Shown one piece after another: positions 48,376-61,716 of a stretch of DNA of 64,000 nt. The position numbers and the translations under genes are program-made. Source of the DNA: Scyliorhinus canicula (taxonomy: Eukaryota); the NCBI RefSeq assembly GCF_902713615.1, contig NC_052148.1, forward strand, positions 178,731,262-178,795,261, written 5' to 3'. Numbering within the stretch: position 1 is the first letter of the stretch; the number at the start of each line of letters is the position of its first letter. The notes beneath the pieces were generated by a model. The model was not told the origin of the DNA. It searched no databases and saw only the letters and a program-made list of their open reading frames with translations.

Positions 48376-50399
48376 TGGATTCCAGGTTCTGGAATGTTTA
48401 TTTTCATTCTTTCACAGGAGGTGGGCATTACTGGCTAGGGCAGCATTTATTGCCGACTCCTAATATCCTTTGAGAAGTTGCTGGTGGGCTGCCTTTGTGA
48501 ACCGCTACAGTCCACATATTGTAGGAACCTCCACAGTGCTGTTAGGAAGGCAGTTTTAGAATTTGAACCCAGCGACAGTGAAGGAATGGTGATATATTTC
48601 TAAGAAAGGATGGTGTGTAACTTGGAGGGGAATTTATAGTTGGTGGTGTTCCCATGCATCTTCTGCCTTTATGCTTCCAGATGGTAGTGTGCGCTGGCTT
48701 TGGAAGATGCTGTCAAATGAGCCTTGGTGAGTTGCTGGAATGCATCTTGTAGATGGTACTGTTATACCATGCTGAGCAAGTGTATGGTCAATTCCAGCTC
48801 CAAATGCCCCGGAGTCACAACACAATTGAATGAACCAATCATTCTTATAGAAACTCCCCAAATCTTTGGCCCATGGCTGCCTAATAATTACAGTCACCAG
48901 GTTTGTAGGTTGAAACACAATTACTGCTTATTTAAATCACGATTTATGGTGGAATATGCAGCAGATGCAGTTGGTTAAGTATTGATAAGTACCTAACCCC
49001 TACTGTAACATGCCCCCCCCCCCCCCCCCCCCCATCACCTGCGCATACACCCAAGACTGACAAACACAAAGCGGGGGAGGGAAAATATGTCAATGAAAGT
49101 GAAAACCGTCTTTGCTTCAAATGATGGGTCCTTACAGACTTTCTCCACATTAGGCTTGGGAATCACCGTCCTTGTTTTGCAGCTGTACTCACAATTTTCC
49201 TGGTGAGACAAAGTCCCTGTTTTACCAGACTTAGCTCTCAGTTTGAAGCTGACTTCTGGCCCTAATTTCTGGGATCCAACAATTCCTGCAGGTTCTTTGG
49301 TTGTTCCATTGTCTGGGGAGAACTGGAGGACACTGAAATCCTGGGGCTTGGAAGTACGAGCATAGTCGTTCTGAAATCAACACCGGGATTTCAGATTGAA
49401 ACCCTGACCTCGGGTGGGAATGGAGACAGCAGGTCTACTTGGTTGAGAGGGAATAACTTACATTGGGCCACCTGAGATAGCCAGTGGGAGTTGGGGCAGA
49501 AGGAAGGTGGGAAGGAAGGACAAGAGCCCACGTCATGAGTCTGTGGAATTTCCAAACCTGTATGTTTTGTGGGATGAAGGTTTGCAGAATCAAAACTTTA
49601 ATGTCACTCCGAAATCCCCTCAAATACTTCACATATAAGGATATATGTGTACAATGGAAGGTCTTCTCACGTTTGGGTTTCCAGATAGTTTGAGATTATG
49701 CACAGCTCCTCTTGTAGAAGTCCAAAGTTCTTTTCTTCAAACAAAGCTTTCACCACAACAAAAACTCCACTTCCATTTTAATGGGCGGTAGCTTTCAGGG
49801 GTATTGCATCACCAGATTTCCCACAGCGGGCCCAAACCATGTTGTTGATTAAAAACCTTCTATCATTTCAAATCAACAACATTTGAATCACAAAATTCAG
49901 TGAAACCAAACCTTCCCCGGTGAGCATAAATTAGGTTTGAGTTTGAGAGACTTCTGGTGTTAAGAAGGCAGTAACAGCCCAGTCCCCATCCTGCCCCCCC
50001 CCCCCCCCCCCCACCTCATCATGACCCAGTGTCAAGTATTTGAAGGTCTTTGTGTGTACGACTTTCATCCATCTAATGAAGGTGGCCCAGCCAGTGCAGA
50101 CATCATTGGCTCTGCATCTGTCATTGGCATCAGTCCTGCCTGCCATCCACCCCCCCCCCCCCCCCCCCCCCCCGAAGACTCGGTGGTTGGCACCGCACCC
50201 TCGCAACACAATACTGCACCTGTGCCCTAGGACACCCGGGCACCCACCTGCACACCCCACCCACGGTCCCTGCAGACTGCGGGGGTGACCGAGGACAGGG
50301 CGGTCACCAAAATAGAGCTTGGCCTGTGCTGCAGAGGTGACGGTCCATCAGCCCCCAACCAGTTGACCTGTCACATATCAGTTATTCATGCCAGACATA

Positions 50400-50580
50400 A
50401 TGAATGAAATGAAATGAAAATCGCTTATTGTCACGAGTAGGCTTCAATGAAGTTACTGTGAAAAGCCCCTAGTCGCCACATTCCGGCGCCTGTTCGGGGA
50501 GGCTGTTACGGGAATCGAACCATGCTGCTGGCCTGCCTTGGTCTGCTTTCAAAGCCAGCGATTTAGCGCAGTGTGCTAAA
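50400..50580 (-). repeat. Short tRNA-derived SINE with (TTTCA)n tail
   Basis: Reverse complement of the 22343 family. Confidence 0.88.
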
Positions 50581-51169
50581 AATGATCCTTCTCTCTCACT
50601 GACCGCATGTCCATTCTCAAGCAGGATCTCCATCTGATGGTGTTGGCCCATCCGGGGTGAACCCCCCCCCCAACCCCCTCCACCCAAGGGAACACTTTGG
50701 GGGGAGAGCTCCGTGGACGCCTCCATTGGGACATCACAGCTATTAACCGCACCATCCACCAGCGCAGACACACATCTCAGTGGGCGACATTAGTGGACAG
50801 GGTTCTGGAGCACAATCTGGTGAGAATCCACACAGTTGCTGATACACATCAGGTGGAGAATTGACAGATGACTTGTAGCTGGTCAATAATGTGCACAAGA
50901 CACCTGAAACCAGCATGGAATTTAATAGGCTGAACATCCCTGAAGAGACCTGACCCGTCGAGAATGATTCACTGAAAGGAAAACATTACATGTTCAAATG
51001 GCAGGAGATGAATTCAGAGGAAACACATGAGCAAGGTGTAGGCTTCGCTGTAAGGAACTTACTACTCACGATGATAGAAGTCCCCATAAATGATTCAGAA
51101 TGTGTTCTCTCCATTCTCCTCTCAAGGTTTCCAGGCGTAAGTGGCAGATGCCATGAGTGCTGTGGGCCC

Positions 51170-53735
51170 CAGCACCAGGAGTGGATAGCAGTGCAGGAAA
51201 AACTGTACAAACTCCTCAGGGCGGCCAAGGTGAGTAGGCACCGCCCCTGGCACTAATCGCCATCCCACACCCCACGACCAACCCCCCCCCCCCTCCCCCC
51301 CGCCCGCCACTGCCCACCCCATCCGAAGGGCGACCAAACCCCTACCCTGCACCACATGCTAGCACCCATACCGGATGTCATGGCTGGTTGCCCTGGCCAC
51401 GAAGGGCACCAGCTGCCCACCATCTGTGCTGCATGTGTCCGACTGTCTAGCATTGTGCGCTTCTTGTCTTTCGCCCCCACAAGAGAAGGGGGCTCACAAC
51501 TGCTGGGGGAGAGTCAAAAGACTGGAGGGGGACCGGCAGACCTGCGGCCCCTCACCACAGCAGATCAGTGGACACTGGACCTGGTTAGTGGGCTGGGAGA
51601 GAGGGCATTCGTTGTGGCGGAGATCAGCATCGGGAAAGCAAGTGAAACATCGCTGAGTTGCATTTCCCATGGCACGTGTGTCACCACCCCCCCCACCCCC
51701 CCCACCCCCCAGATGGACACCAACCCCCATGTCGCCTCCATCATCACCACCCCCACAACACTCCCAAACCACCCCCTCCACCACCAATCAATCCAAGGAC
51801 TTGCTGCCATCCAGATGTGTTTCGGGCTTCACTATCCTATTGATAGTGGAGATGCAGTCATAGAGCCAGGGACTGCATGGGGCGGGGGTGGGGGGGAGGG
51901 GGTGTCAGCAACCATCCCGCACCTGCAGGTGCAGTTGGAGGAGTACGACCACCCGCAAGAGCAGGAAGAGGTACCGACAATGCGTGCCACCCAGTTGAAC
52001 ACTGCACATGGGTGGCGTCCACAGTGGAGGTCTTGGGGGTGAAGGTACTGGCCATGGCTCAAGATGCCCAAGGCCTAGGGCATTCTGTTGCAGGCAGTGA
52101 TGAAGGCCCAGGGCAGGGCTTCCCTGCCATGTACTAGAACCACCTAGACATTACACAGTGCTCCAGAGCGTGGCCCAGTCACAGTGGGTCATGGCTGAGG
52201 GCGCCGGCGGCACTGCCCGGGCACTGGCTGACCTCAGCCAGATGCAGAGGTAGGATTGCACCATCTCTGGCTGATGTGGCACAGACCCAGAGGGAGGTGG
52301 TTTACTCCCTGTCCTCCATGGCCGCGAGATTCGAGACTCTGGCCAAGACTGGAGTGGGCCCCCAGCACCTGTAGCAGCATGTGGCAGGGGTGCCTCATGG
52401 ACTAGCTCCGCTCACACCCCCATCCTATGGAGTAGCCCAGGAGCCATCAGGCACACCAAGGGAGGAGGAGGAAGCGATGGGGCCTGTGCTGGTGACTCAT
52501 GCAGGGGAGTTGCTGGATCACCACAGGGCTTCAGACTCCCCCCTTCCTGTTGCTGGCACATCTGATGGGCAGCGGGCAGAACAGGATGGCACCACCCCAC
52601 CTAGGACACCCGAGCAGCAGCTGGGCCTATTCAGGCCGCCGAAAGGGACCCAGGTCACAGTGCGGGAATCGCAGCAGGCCGCCTCCACTCCTAATGTACC
52701 GCTTGGGGAACCACCTAGGTGCAGCATTAGGGCCCGTAAGGCCAGAAAGGTAGACATCAGTTGGGTTGGCATATTTGCAGCACATAGGATAGCGTTACGG
52801 GCTTGTTCATCATTGTACAATAAACACCTGTTCACAACATTTCAACCTCCTCGGTACTCTGTCAGACTGGGTGTGAGGGATGGCCTGGGCGTGGCTGGCT
52901 GCAGAGGAGCGCTGGGGGTGGAGGGGAGATGGGGACAGTGGGGGGTGGGCTTGGGCCAGGGACCCAGTTTTGACAGTGTCCCTCCCAACCTACTCGCGTT
53001 TCCCCAGCGACCACATCTCAGCCACCCCAGGGTTTGGGAGGGACCATGTGATGGAATGGCCAGCTCACATGCAGGGATCACACAGGTGGATGGTGGAAAG
53101 TGCTACAATGGGCAAGTGTCAGACGTTGTCAAACAGTGTGGAGCACCAGAGCTCATCGCAGTACAGGTCGTCCTCACCCTCCATCCCATGGACCAGACCC
53201 ACTGTTACTGTCAGCCCAGGGCTTGCACCCCATAGTTACGCAGGTAGGAAGCACGGAGGGGGCTGCAAGGCGGGGGGGGGGGGGGTGGTTGGCGGGGTGT
53301 ATATCACAGGGAGGGTTTTCATGTGAAGGGGTCGTCAGCTGGGGAGGGGGGGGGGGTGTCTGGGGGTGGGACAGGGTGTCCGTGCCACTGGCCAGGCCCC
53401 TTAGTCGGTGAACCCGGAGACGATTATAGGGTCCAATGCATGCTGGGCTAGGCACATACGTTGTGCTGCCCCCTGTCCCTGGGCCTCAAGTGCTGCCCAT
53501 CCTCGCCCTCCCCAGCATACTCCTGTTCGGACAAGGCCTTGCTTTCATCCTCCTCCTCCAGCATGTCGTCCCTTTGATGCGTTATGTTGTGGAGGACGCA
53601 GCAGGTCACCATGATGTGGGAGACTCATGGCATTCTGGTGTGCTCCGGGCGCCTGCCACGATTTCGCTTCACAACCAATTCTCCGCACAACCACATCTTC
53701 CCGATTCCGCTGTCGCCTGATGGAGAATCCCACCC
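51170..53735. mobile_element. PIF/Harbinger remnant (Myb-like gene on +, transposase C-terminus on -)
   Basis: + strand (Q)CRKNC/LLRAAK|gtgagt and TGGGPADLRPLT resemble the 21865-23040 element. The - strand at 53550-53625 reads VSHIMVTCCVLHNITHQRDDMLEED, similar to Harbinger transposase C-termini. Ends in GGAGAATCCCACCC. Confidence 0.75.
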
Positions 53736-53964
53736 TTGGTTTTTACATTGCTGCGAGCCAACAATAGTTAGCACTGCCGCCTCTCACTGCCAGAGACCCA
53801 GGTTCAATTCTGGCCTTGGATGACTGTTTGTATGGAGGTCGCCCTTTCTTCCCATGTCATAGAGCCATAATGGTCCACAGCACACAAAAGGCTCTTCAGC
53901 CCATCGTTTCTGCGCCGGTCAGAAACAACCACCTAAGTATTCTAATCCCATTTTCCAGCACTTT

Positions 53965-54345
53965 AGAATTTAGAATTTAGAACAGTACAGCACAGAACAG
54001 GCCCTTCGGCCCTCGATGTTGTGCCGAGCAATGATCACCCTACTCAAACTCACGTATCCATCATATACTCGTAACCCAACAACTCCCCCTTAACCTTACT
54101 TTTTAGGACACTACGGGCAATTTAGCAATCCCCCCATTAACCTTACACTACGGGCAATTTAGCATGGCCAATCCACCTAACCTGCACATCTTTGGACTGT
54201 GGGAGGAAACCGGAGCACCCGGAGGAAACCCACGCACACACGGGGAGGACGTGCAGACTCCACACAGACAGTGACCCAGCCGGGAATCGAGCCTGGGACC
54301 CTGGAGCTGTGAAGCATTGATGCTAACCACCATGCTACCGTGAGG
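53965..54345 (-). repeat. HE1/V-SINE-type SINE with internal duplication
   Basis: Near-identical to 58060-58393 and 61366-61716. Confidence 0.88.
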
Positions 54346-54524
54346 CCTATAGCCTTGTATGCCTTGGCATTGCAAGTGCATAGCTAAATACGTCTTAAGT
54401 GTTATGAGAGTCTTTGCCTCCACCACCCTTACAGGCAGTGAGTTCCAGTCTCCCATCACCCTCTGGGTGAAAATGTTTCTCCTCACATCCCCTCTCAACC
54501 TCCCGCCCCTGACCTTAAATCTAT

Positions 54525-54868
54525 GGGGAAGCGGTGGTGTAGTGATATTGTTACTAGACTAGTAAACCAGAAACCCAGGGTAATGCTCTGGGGACCTGGG
54601 TTTGAATCCTGTCACGGCAGATGGTGAAATTTGAATTCAATAAAAATCTGGAAATGAAAGTCTATAGATGACCATGAGACCATAGCCGATTGTCGTAAAA
54701 ACCCATCTCGTTCACTAATGTCCTTTCGGGAAGGAAATCTGCCATCTTACCTGGTCTGGCCTACACGTGACTCCAGACCGTCAACGATGTGGTTGACTCT
54801 TAACTGCCCCCTCAAGGGCAATTATGGATGGGCAATAAATACTGGCACAGCTTGCGACGCCCAGAAAA
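54525..54868 (+). repeat. DeuSINE-type (SacSINE1-like) SINE
   Basis: tRNA-like head; AAAAACCCATCT.GTTCACTAATGTCCTT..GGGAAGGAAATCTGCC central domain; decayed minus-strand copy at about 46690-46940. Confidence 0.75.
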
Positions 54869-55759
54869 AGGCCCTCGGGTCATTGATCCTTCCACCAAGG
54901 GGAAAACTTTCCTGCCTACTGTATCTATGCCCCTCATAATTTTATATATCTTGATCATGTCACCCCTCAGTCTTCTCTGCTCCGAGGAAAAGAACCCCAG
55001 GCTATCCAATCTCACTTCATAACTAAAACTCACTGGGCAACATCCTGGCAAATCTCCTCTGCACCCTTTCCAATGCTATCACATCCCTCCTATAATGTGG
55101 ATTCCAGAACTACGCACAATACTCTAGCTGTGGCCTAACCACTGTGTCTGCGTGGGTTTCCTCTGGGTACTCTGGTTTCCTCCCACAGTCCAATGATGTG
55201 CACGTTAGGTGGATTGGCCATGCTAAATTGCCCCTCAGTGACCAAAGATGTGCAGATTAGTTGCTGTGCGGAATAGGGCAGGGGTGTGGGCCTAGGTGGG
55301 GTGGTCTTTCGGAGGATCGGTGCGGACCCGACGGGTGAACGGCCTCCTTCTGCATTGTAGGGATTCTATGATTCTATGAACAGAATAAGCTGAAAAAGAG
55401 AAACAAACTATGTACAAAAGGAGCTAACTCCCCTCACCCACACACCAGATGCATCACATCATAATTCTAAACTCCAGGGTATTTATACCGAATCTAAATA
55501 TGATAAGATCTATTTGTGTGGTTGCTCATACGTTCAAGTCTGTGTGACAAGTGTGCTCAGTCCTGACCTTAATCCTGACATTGTTTAGTTGAAATACTGA
55601 AGGTGGGATTTTCTGTCTGTTCCTTCTGACGGGATCTTCTGGACCCGCCATAGGTTCTCCAGTTGCGGAGAGTGAAATCCAGCCAATGGCAGGCTGCCTC
55701 CGCCCTATCTAATATAGCCATTTTAATATGCTGGTGCAAATTCTTATTGAAAAGATGAA

Positions 55760-56745
55760 AATAATTGCAACTAACATCCGCAAATAGTTTTGCCTAAGTG
55801 CATTGCTTTACAATTGGAATGTGAACTTTTGTAAAATGAGCAGAGATATAGTTTTAACTCTGCAACCTGTATGGCTGGCATGGTAGCACAGTGGTTAACA
55901 CTGTTGCCTCACGGGTCCAGGGTTCAACTCCGGCCTCGGGTGACTGTGCGGAGTCTGCACGTTACACAGAACATAGAACAGTACAGCACAGAACAGGCCC
56001 TTCGGCCCTCGATGTTGTGCCGAGCAATGTTCTCCCCGTGTCTTCGTGTGTTTTCCTCCCGGTGCTCCGGTTTCCTCCCACAGTCCAAAGATGTGCAGGT
56101 TAGATGAATTGGCCATGCTAAATTGCCCCTTAATGTCAAAACAGTTATGTGTGTTACGGGATAGGTGGAGGCGCGGGCTCTTTCCAAGGGCCAGTGCAGA
56201 CGTGATGCGCCGAATGGCTTCCTTCCGCACTGTAAATTCTGTGAAATCACAGAACGGGCCGCTTCTTGTAATTCTCAAGTTTCAATTCAGGAGTGTTTCC
56301 TTTTTATAATAATCCTAAGAAATGGGGCCAAGTTTAGAAAATGACATTGTCCTTGGGGTCAGACGCCAAATGTGGAACTGAATTTTTCTGCAACCAATCT
56401 GAAACTTCATTTTGAGGAAGAACGTCTGATGTATAATTAATCAGACCTTGTGATTGGTGATTCCCTGCAAAGTCTTAGCCACGTTTTAACTCTGAGTCAA
56501 TTAGTCAGTTTGAACAACAAACAGCCAAGGAAATAGCTGACAGCAAAATAAAACATCTCCGCTCGTGCAAGAATATTGGCGACATTTCTATTCCAGAACT
56601 GAAATTGTTGCGTTGTCAAACTTAAATTCATGACAAGTGGCAACTTGAACCATCTTTTGAACTCCATTTACACCATTGTATCTCTTTCCAAACCGACACA
56701 TTAAGGTCCAAAGAGTCACATCATAAAGCGCAGCAAGTAACAGGC
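55760..56745 (+). promoter_or_regulatory. Conserved upstream block D, unit 3 (SINE inserted at about 55875-56245)
   Basis: Third, more diverged copy of block D; no chemokine exon follows within the window. Confidence 0.55.
55875..56245 (+). repeat. HE1/V-SINE-type SINE with a nested antisense SINE tail (about 55963-56027)
   Basis: The body is interrupted by a reverse-oriented 3' tail fragment. Confidence 0.82.
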
Positions 56746-56834
56746 AGAAATTATGGGCGGGATTCTCCGTCGGCTGACCCCAGAATCAGGAAACACAGTT
56801 GTGTGGAGAATTGGTTTTAATGCTAAATTCAAAA

Positions 56835-58900
56835 GACCATAAGACATATGAGCAGAATTAGACCACTCGGCCCATCTGCTTTGCCATTTTCTCATCTCCA
56901 TTCTCCATTCTCCTGCCTTCTCCCCATAACCCCTGATCCCCTTATCAATCAAGAACCTATCTGTCTCTGTCTCAGTGATTTGGCCTCCACAGCCTTCTGT
57001 AGCAAAGAGTTCCACAGATTCACCACCCTCTGGCTGAAGAAATTCCTTCTTATCTCTGTTTTAAAGGAACGTCCCCTTATTCTGAGGTTGTGCCCTCTGG
57101 TTCTAGTTTTTCCGACAAGTGGAAACATCCTGTCCACATCCAATAAGTATCCAATAAGTTGCAATAAGATCCCCCTTCATCCTTCTAAACTCCAATGAGT
57201 ACAGACCCAGAGTCCTCAACCGCTCTTCATATGACAAGCTCTTTGTTTCAGGTATCATTCTTGTGAACCTCCCCTGGAACCTTTCCAAGGCCAGCACATC
57301 ACTGGGCCTAAAACCGCTCACAATACTCCAAATGAATTCTGACCAGAGCCTTATACAGCCTCAGAGGTACATGCCTGCTCTTGTATTCTAGCCCTCTCAA
57401 CGTGAATGATAACAATGCATCTGCCTTCCTAACTGCCGAGTGAACCTGTGCGTTAACCTGAAGACAATCTTGAAAAAGGACTCCGAAGCCCCTTTATGCT
57501 TCTGATGTCCTAAGCATTTCCCCATTTGGAAAATAATCTATGCCTCCATTCCTCCTTCCAAAGTGCATAACCTCACACTTTTCCACATTGCATTCCATCT
57601 GCCACTTCTTTGCCCACTGTCTTAGCCTGTCCAAGTCCTTCTGCAGCTCCCCTGCTTCCTCAATACTTGTCCCTCTACAGATCTTTGTACCATCTGCAAA
57701 CTTAGCAACAGTGCCTTCAGTACCTTCTTCCAGATCATTAATGTATATTGTGAAAAGTTGTGGTCCCAGCACAGACTCCTAAAGCACACCACTAGTCACC
57801 AGCACCATTCTGAAAAGGACCCCTTTATCCCCGCTCTCTGCCTTCTGCCAGCCAGCCAATCCTCTATCCATGCTAGTACCGTACCCTTAACACCATTGGA
57901 ACTTATTTTACAGTCTCCTCTGCGGCACCTTGTCAACGGCCTTCTGGAAATCTAAATAAATCAAGCCCACTGGTTCTCCTTTGTCTAACTTCCTTATTGC
58001 CTCTTCAAAGAATTTGCAGACATGATGCCCCTTGATGAAGCTATGCTGACTCAAGGTAGTGGGGCCTCATGGTAGCATGGTGGTTAGCATCAATGCTTCA
58101 CAGCTCCACGGTCCCAGGTTCGATTCCCGGCTGGGTCACTGTCTGTGTGGAGTCTGCACGTCCTCCCTGTGTGTGCGTGGGTTTCCTCCGGGTGCTCCGG
58201 TTTCCTCCCACAGTCCAAAGATGTGCGGGTTAGGTGGATTGGCCATGCTAAATTGCCCGTAGTGTAAGGTTAATGGGGGGATTGTTGGGTTATGGGTATA
58301 CGGGTTACGTGGGTTTAAGTAGGGTGATCATTGCTCGGCACAACATCGAGGGCCGAAGGGCCTGTTCTGTGCTGTACTGTTCTATGTTCTATGTAATACT
58401 ATTTTATCATGCATTTCCAATTATTCTGCAATCTCATCTTTAATAATGGACTCTAAAATCCTACCAATGACCAAAGTCAGGCTAACCAGCCTATAATTTC
58501 CCATCTTTTGCCCCTCTCCCTTCTTAAACAGGGACATTACATCAGCCACTTTCCAGTCCTCTAGGACCCTTCCTGCCTCCAGTGATTTCTGAAAGATCAC
58601 CATCAATGCCTCCACAATCTCGTCAGCTAGCTATTTTAGATCGCCGAGGGTGTAGTCCATCTGGTCTAGGTGATTTATCCACCTTAGAGCTTTCAATTTC
58701 CACAGAACCTTCTTGTGATGGCCACTACACTCAGCTCTGCCCCCTGATTCTCCTGGAGCTCTGGTATCCCACTGGTGTCTTCCATGGATGATGCAAAGTA
58801 ACTATTCAGTTCCTCTGCCATTCCTTTGTTTCCTATTGCAACTGCTCCAACATCATTTTCCAGTGGTCCAGCATCTATTCTTGCCTTTGTGTCTTCTTTT
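56835..58900 (-). mobile_element. CR1-clade LINE remnant (RT and 3' end), with a SINE nested at 58060-58393
   Basis: LGPQLFTIYINDL..KFADGTK, GNYRLVSLT and RRNFFSQRVVNLWNSL fragments. Confidence 0.88.
58060..58393 (+). repeat. Young HE1/V-SINE-type SINE
   Basis: Intact head and V-domain; (GTTCTAT)n tail shared with the CR1 at 43810-43870. Confidence 0.9.
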
Positions 58901-61365
58901 ATCATGGCAGGCAGCGGCTTCAAGCCAAATCACAATTCTCTGGTGCCTCAACAGTGGTGTCAATGTGTTCCACTCCACACGCACAGTAAACTCCATTGGC
59001 ATATCATTGGAGGGCCTGACCCTGTATTTTCCAAGGCCTCCGCGATTCTTTGCCTCCACTGGGGTGAATCCCCAATGGCGAGGTTCACTTGTGCTTTCAA
59101 AAATAGTCAAATAGGTGCTGTGCCTTCTGAGGGAGAGAGAGGGGTATGGAAAGTGTGCAACATCACCACAGTGTGCTGTCAGTTGTGCCGATGGCTGGGG
59201 GTCTCCTGCCAGGGCCGGGGAGAGTAGCGGGGTTGGCCAGGAGCTGGGCTATGGGGTCAGGGTGGACGGGCACAATACACCTTTGCCGCAGCTTGCCAGG
59301 CAGTCATGCAGCTGTGCATGCCTCTGACTGTCCACTGTGAACTTAGGGCCACGGGACATGTGGGTGCCTCCCACCAGGCCACCCACCTTAGGTAACCCTC
59401 TGGCCCCAGTCGACCCATCAATGGGATGGGCATGCTCTAGCACAACCAGTGCCATATTGTTGGTTGGGATGGTGTGTTTGGTGAGTGCAGTGTATATATG
59501 CGGCTGCAGCTTGTCAGCCTTCTGAGTGTCAGTCGCGAATCCGGCACTGTTTTTCATTGTAACCGATTGTGATCCACTGGCCGCTGGTGCCAACCACGCA
59601 ACGATCACTGAATTTGTCCAGGTGAGGCGCCAGTTTTGCTGTCGTGGAAGTACACAAATCCTGCCCCGTGTTTGCACTTAGTCTCAAGAATGGAGAATCC
59701 CATTGGTGGTTATCTACTTTTGGAGGGATTGGGGAGGGTTTAACTAAAATGGCAGGGGGATGGAAACCTATGTAAGGAGATGGAGGAGGGGGAAAGAAGG
59801 ATAAGAAGAAAAGATAGAAAGGGGAATAAGGAAAGTGATAGGCAGAAAAAATAAGGGCCAGAGTCAAGCAGGGCCATAGTGTAATATAACGGAAATGGGA
59901 CAAGGAACGTTAAAAATACAACACTTAAGATTTCTGCCTTAATGCCCAGAGCATTCGCAAAAAAGTGGATGAATTAATCACGCAAATAGATGTAAATGGG
60001 TATGATATAGTTGGCATTATGGTGATGTGGCTGCAAGGTGACCATGGATGGGAATTGAACATCCAGAGATATTCAGTATTTAGGAAGTACAGACAATAAG
60101 GAAAAGGTGGTTGAGTAACATTGCTGGTTAGAAAGGACATCAATGTAATAGTGTAGAAGGTATTAGCTCCAACAATATGGAATCTGTATGGGCGAAGCTG
60201 AGAGACACCAAGGACCAAAAAAGGTTAGTGGGGGATGTATATAGATCCCAAACTGCAATGGTGATTTTGGGAATGGCATTGAACAGGAAATTAAAGACAC
60301 ATGCGATAAAGGAACATGTGTAATTATGGGCCTCTTTAATCTGCATATAAATCAAATTAGTAACAATATTGTAGAGGAAGAATTCCTGCAATGTGCATGG
60401 GATGTTTTTTTGGACCAATACATTAAGAAACCAATTAGCGAGTCAGGCCATCCCAGACTGGGTATTGTTTAATGAGAAAGGAATAATTGTCAGTATAATT
60501 GTACGAGAGTCTTTGGGGATGAATGACCATAACATGGTAGAATTTGTCATCATGATGGACGGTGATGTAGATTCTGAGACGAAGGTCCTGAATATAAATA
60601 AAAGAAATTACGATGGTATGAGGTATGAGTTGGCTATGATGGATTGGGGAGTGTAACTTAAAGGGATGATGGTGGATAAGCTATGGCGAACATTCAAAGA
60701 GCGCATGGGTTAACTACAACAATTATTCATTCCAGTCTGACGCAAAAATAAAATGAGAATAGGTGGCCAAACCATGGCTAACAAGGGAATTAGAGATAGA
60801 ACTGGATCCAAGGAAGAGGCATACAAATTGGCTGGAAAAAACAGCAGACCTGGGACTGGTAGCAGTTTAGAATTCAGCAAAGGAGGACAAAGGAATTGAT
60901 TAGGAAAGGGAAAATTGAATACAAGAGTAATCTGGTAGGGAACATAAAAACTAACTGTAAAAGCTTCTATAAGTGTGAGAAGAGGAAAAGATTGGTGAGG
61001 ATACATGCAGGTTCCTTACAGTCAGAATCAGGGGAATTTATAATGAAAGAAATGGATGACCAACCAAATACATACTTTGGTTCTGTTTTCACAAAGGAGG
61101 ACACATGTCATGTACCAGAAATGTTGGGGAACACAGGGTTTAGTGAAAGCGAGAAACTGAAGGAATTCAGTATTAGTAGGGAAATGTTGGGGACATTGAT
61201 TGGATTGAAGGCCGATAAATCACGAGGGCCTGATAATCTACATCTCAGAGTACTGAAGGAAGTGGCCCGAGAAATAATGGATCAATTTTTGGTTATCTTC
61301 CATGATTCGATAAATTCTGGAACAGTTCTTGCAGTTTGGAGGGTAGCTAATATAACACCAGTATT

Positions 61366-61716
61366 TAGAACATAGAACATAGAACAGTACAGCACAGAAC
61401 AGGCCCTTCGGCCCTCAATGTTGCGCCGAGCCATGATCACCCTACTCAAACCCACGTTACCACCCTATACCCGTAACCCAACAACCCCCCCTTAACCTTA
61501 CTTTTATTAGGACACTACGGGCAATTTAGCATGGCCAATCCACCTAACCCGCACATCTTTGGACTGTGGGAGGAAACCGGAGCACCCGGAGGAAACCCAC
61601 GCACACAGGGGGAGAACGTGCAGACTCCACACAGACAGTGACCCAGCCGGGAATCGAACCTGGGACCCTGGAGCTGTGAAGCATTTATGCTAACCACCAT
61701 GCTACCCTGCTGCCCC
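61366..61716 (-). repeat. Young HE1/V-SINE-type SINE
   Basis: Near-identical reverse complement of 58060-58393. Confidence 0.9.

Larger units (their letters stand above)
53840..55140 (-). mobile_element. CR1-type LINE 3' part with nested SINEs
   Basis: RRNIFTQRVMGDWNSLP and FSSEQRRLRGDMIKIYKIMRG fragments. Confidence 0.8.

Noticed and set aside
52381-53235. 284-aa ORF as a host gene
   Set aside because: It lies inside a Harbinger remnant, has a non-ATG start and low-complexity composition, and has no intact upstream exons.
58060-58135. tRNA-like A/B-box sequences
   Set aside because: These are SINE heads continuing into SINE bodies, not tRNA genes.
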